Part shown: piece after piece, positions 61,628 through 64,000 of the stretch
Layout of the letters: the number at the start of each line of letters is the position of its first letter
Numbering within the stretch: position 1 is the stretch's first letter
From: Chiloscyllium plagiosum
Taxonomy: Eukaryota
DNA length: 64,000 nt
Reading direction: 5' to 3'
Assembly: GCF_004010195.1 (NCBI RefSeq)
Contig: NC_057720.1
Span: 29,665,631-29,729,630 of the forward strand
Notes under the pieces: model-generated
What the model was told of the DNA's origin: nothing
Database searches by the model: none
What the model saw: only the letters and a program-made list of their open reading frames with translations
Translations under genes and position numbers: made by a program

Positions 61628-61865
61628 TTAAACACAATGAAAATCTAGAGTAAAAAGACAGCCTAATGGTAACCATGTAACTATGGTCTACTGTTGTAAA
61701 AACCCACCTGGTTAATTAAGGAGGGAAACCTGCATTTCCTTGTCTTGACTACCTGTGATTCCAGACTCATCACAATGTGGTTGACTCTTAACTGCTTCTG
61801 TTCAATTAGGGATGGGCAATAAATGCTGGCCCAATGCGTAATGCTAACATCACATGAATAAATAA
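61628..61865 (+). mobile_element. tRNA-SINE 3' part (L2/CR1-group tail family)
   Basis: caatgtggttgactcttaactgc..caattagggatgggcaataaatgctggccc. Confidence 0.8.
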
Positions 61866-62057
61866 AACTCTGTTTCTGCCTTTATGCATGCTGCCACTGC
61901 CAGACTTGTATTTCAAAGATACTCTGTTTTTATTTTGAATTTCCGGGCAATATTCTGCTCTCCTATTTGTGGAGTCTGCATGCAGTTTCAGACTCTGACC
62001 AATGAGTGTCACTGTTGAGCAGCCTACATTTATGACAATCAGTGTACATAGTTGATA

Positions 62058-62245
62058 AGGTAAAAACAATGACTGCAGATGCTGGAAACCAGATTCTGGA
62101 TTAGTGGTGCTGGAAGAGCACAGCAGTTCAGGCAGCATCCAAGGAGCTTCAAAATCAGGAATGAAGGGCTTTTGCCTGAAATGTCGATTTTGAAGCTCCT
62201 TGGATGCTGCCTGAACTGCTGTGCTCTTCCAGCACCACTAATCCA
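62058..62245. mobile_element. Fold-back PLE mini-element (family A) with 14-bp TSD
   Basis: Perfect 61-bp arms at 62096-62156 and 62186-62246; loop holds a partial core ATGAAGGGCTTTTGCCTGAAATGTC; TSD gtacatag(t/c)tgata at 62044-62057 and 62246-62259. Confidence 0.92.
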
Positions 62246-63246
62246 GTACATAGCTGATAGCATTAACTAGAAAGGGAATACTTATTTAATTCTGTGGAGA
62301 TTCTTTTCATATTGTTAAAAACCTCAATGCTGCTGTGTGGCCACAAACATTGCCCTGAATCTGAAAACGGCTCCATTTAATAACTTATCCTTTTGAAGTG
62401 ATCCATAAGCACTTGATAGGAGCTACTGCAAACTATCCTGGATTTCACATTGTCTCCAGAGTGAACTGTTCAGAGCAGTGTTTTTAATTAAGTGAAAGCT
62501 TGAGCCGCAGTTGTTACAAATGTATCAAGTGAATCGATCAGAAACACTCTCTGCATCTTTTCTGCTTTGGCATCCCCCCAAATTCTGCCATCCCTGTGAC
62601 TATGTTACCCCTCCTTACAGAGCAATGCTTGGCTCCAGTACCTCCCAGGCTCATACAACATTGAGTAACCTCTTAACCATCGGCTCCTCCACAGGCTGAC
62701 CTGGATCTCAACTCCTAGCTGGTGCCATTGCTCCCTTTCTGTTCTTATGCAGCTTCCTCTCCATCTTAACTGGGAATCTGGAGCTATTGTGCCATCTCTC
62801 ATTCACTCACACCTGGAGCAACTATTTGATCACCAATCTAATGTTATCCCTCCTCCATAAAACATCAACTCCGTCTCTGAGAAATTTCACCCTGTTTTAA
62901 GTTTAATCACCAAGGCAGTCCCCACCTTCTCTTCATCTCCCTTTACAAAGATTGGTAATTGCAAATTTAATTTTCAGGCATTTAAACATTGAATCCCGTT
63001 CCCCTTTGGCTATAATGCCCCTCCTGATGCTGAAAAGCACTCCTCAATTTTAGGCATAGGTCTTCTTCTTAAACTAGGAGGAAGCTGGGTTGCATTTTTA
63101 TCGAAGGGTATTAGTTTACTGCAGAAAAAATGTAGTATCAATGTTGACTGCGATTAGATGAAACATATAATGGGATAAAACAAATGCAAATATAAAATAA
63201 TTACTGGTGATGCTTCTTTGCTGAACGAACAAGGTCAGTTGGCAAA

Positions 63247-64000
63247 GTGAACATAGAACATTATAGCGCAGTACAGGCCCTTCAGCCCTCAATGTCGCAC
63301 CGCCCTGTGAAACCAATCTGAAGCCCATCTAACCTACACTAGTCCATTCTCGTCCATATGCCTATCCAATGACCAATTAAATGCCCATAAAGTTGACGAG
63401 TCTACAACTATTGCAGGCAGTGCATTCTACACCCCTACTATCTCTGAGTAAAGAAACTACCTCTGACATCTGTTCAAATCTAACCATCACTATCGTTAGA
63501 AAAAGGCTCTCACTGTCCACCCGATCTAACCCTCTGTTTATCTTATATGTCTCAATTAAGTCACCCCTCAACCTTCTCAACCTTTCCTCAGGTCCCTCAA
63601 CCTTTCCTCATAAGACTTTCACTCCATACCAGGCAAGATCCTAGTAAATCTCCTCTGAACCCTTTCCAAGGCTTCCACATCTTACCTGTAGTGCCAAGAT
63701 CAAAACTGCACGCAATACTCAAAGTGCGGCTGAACCAGAGTTTTGTACATCTGCAGCATGACCTCATGGTTCCAAAACTCGATCTCTCTACTAATAAAAG
63801 CTAATATACCATATGCCTTCTTAATGGCCCTATCAACTTGGGTGACAACTTTGAAGGATCTACATACATGGACACCAAGATCTCTGCACATCCACACTAC
63901 CAAGAATCCTACCATTCATCCAGTTATTCCTTCGTGTTGCTCCTTCCAAAGTGAATCACCTCACACTTTTCTGCATTAAACTCCATTTGCCACCTCTCAG
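63247..64000 (-). mobile_element. CR1 LINE 3' fragment (continues past the window edge)
   Basis: KTLVQPHFEYCVQF and RRLRGDLIETYK; gaacatagaa tail. Confidence 0.93.

Overview
Vertebrate non-coding DNA (intron or gene desert) from a cartilaginous fish. The organism call rests on full-length HE1-type V-SINEs plus abundant CR1 LINE debris; a shark is likely, but the species cannot be fixed. No intact host protein-coding gene is recognisable, and the ORFs with recognisable homology are broken retroelement fragments. Much of the window is repeats: about 17 CR1 fragments, L2/CR1-group LINEs with a tail-sharing tRNA SINE, Rex1/Babar LINEs, HE1 SINEs, a DeuSINE relic, a Tigger-like MITE, a young CpG-rich solo LTR with a 5-bp TSD, and a 27-bp G-rich minisatellite. 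TE-poor blocks (3.9-4.9, 13.9-14.6, 16.6-16.9, 31-34.6, 50.1-50.9 and 56.7-57.1 kb) look like conserved regulatory DNA. The most striking signal is a dense set of about 17 Penelope-like (PLE, Neptune-type) 3' ends from at least four sequence families, most carrying a minimal hammerhead ribozyme core (CTGANGA..GAAA). Nine are inserted as fold-back hairpins of about 115-400 bp, and six of these sit inside 10-16 bp target-site duplications. They share a stereotyped geometry: the arms usually join at the ribozyme, and one arm lacks about 30-42 nt of the 3' tail. Coordinates of old repeats are approximate.
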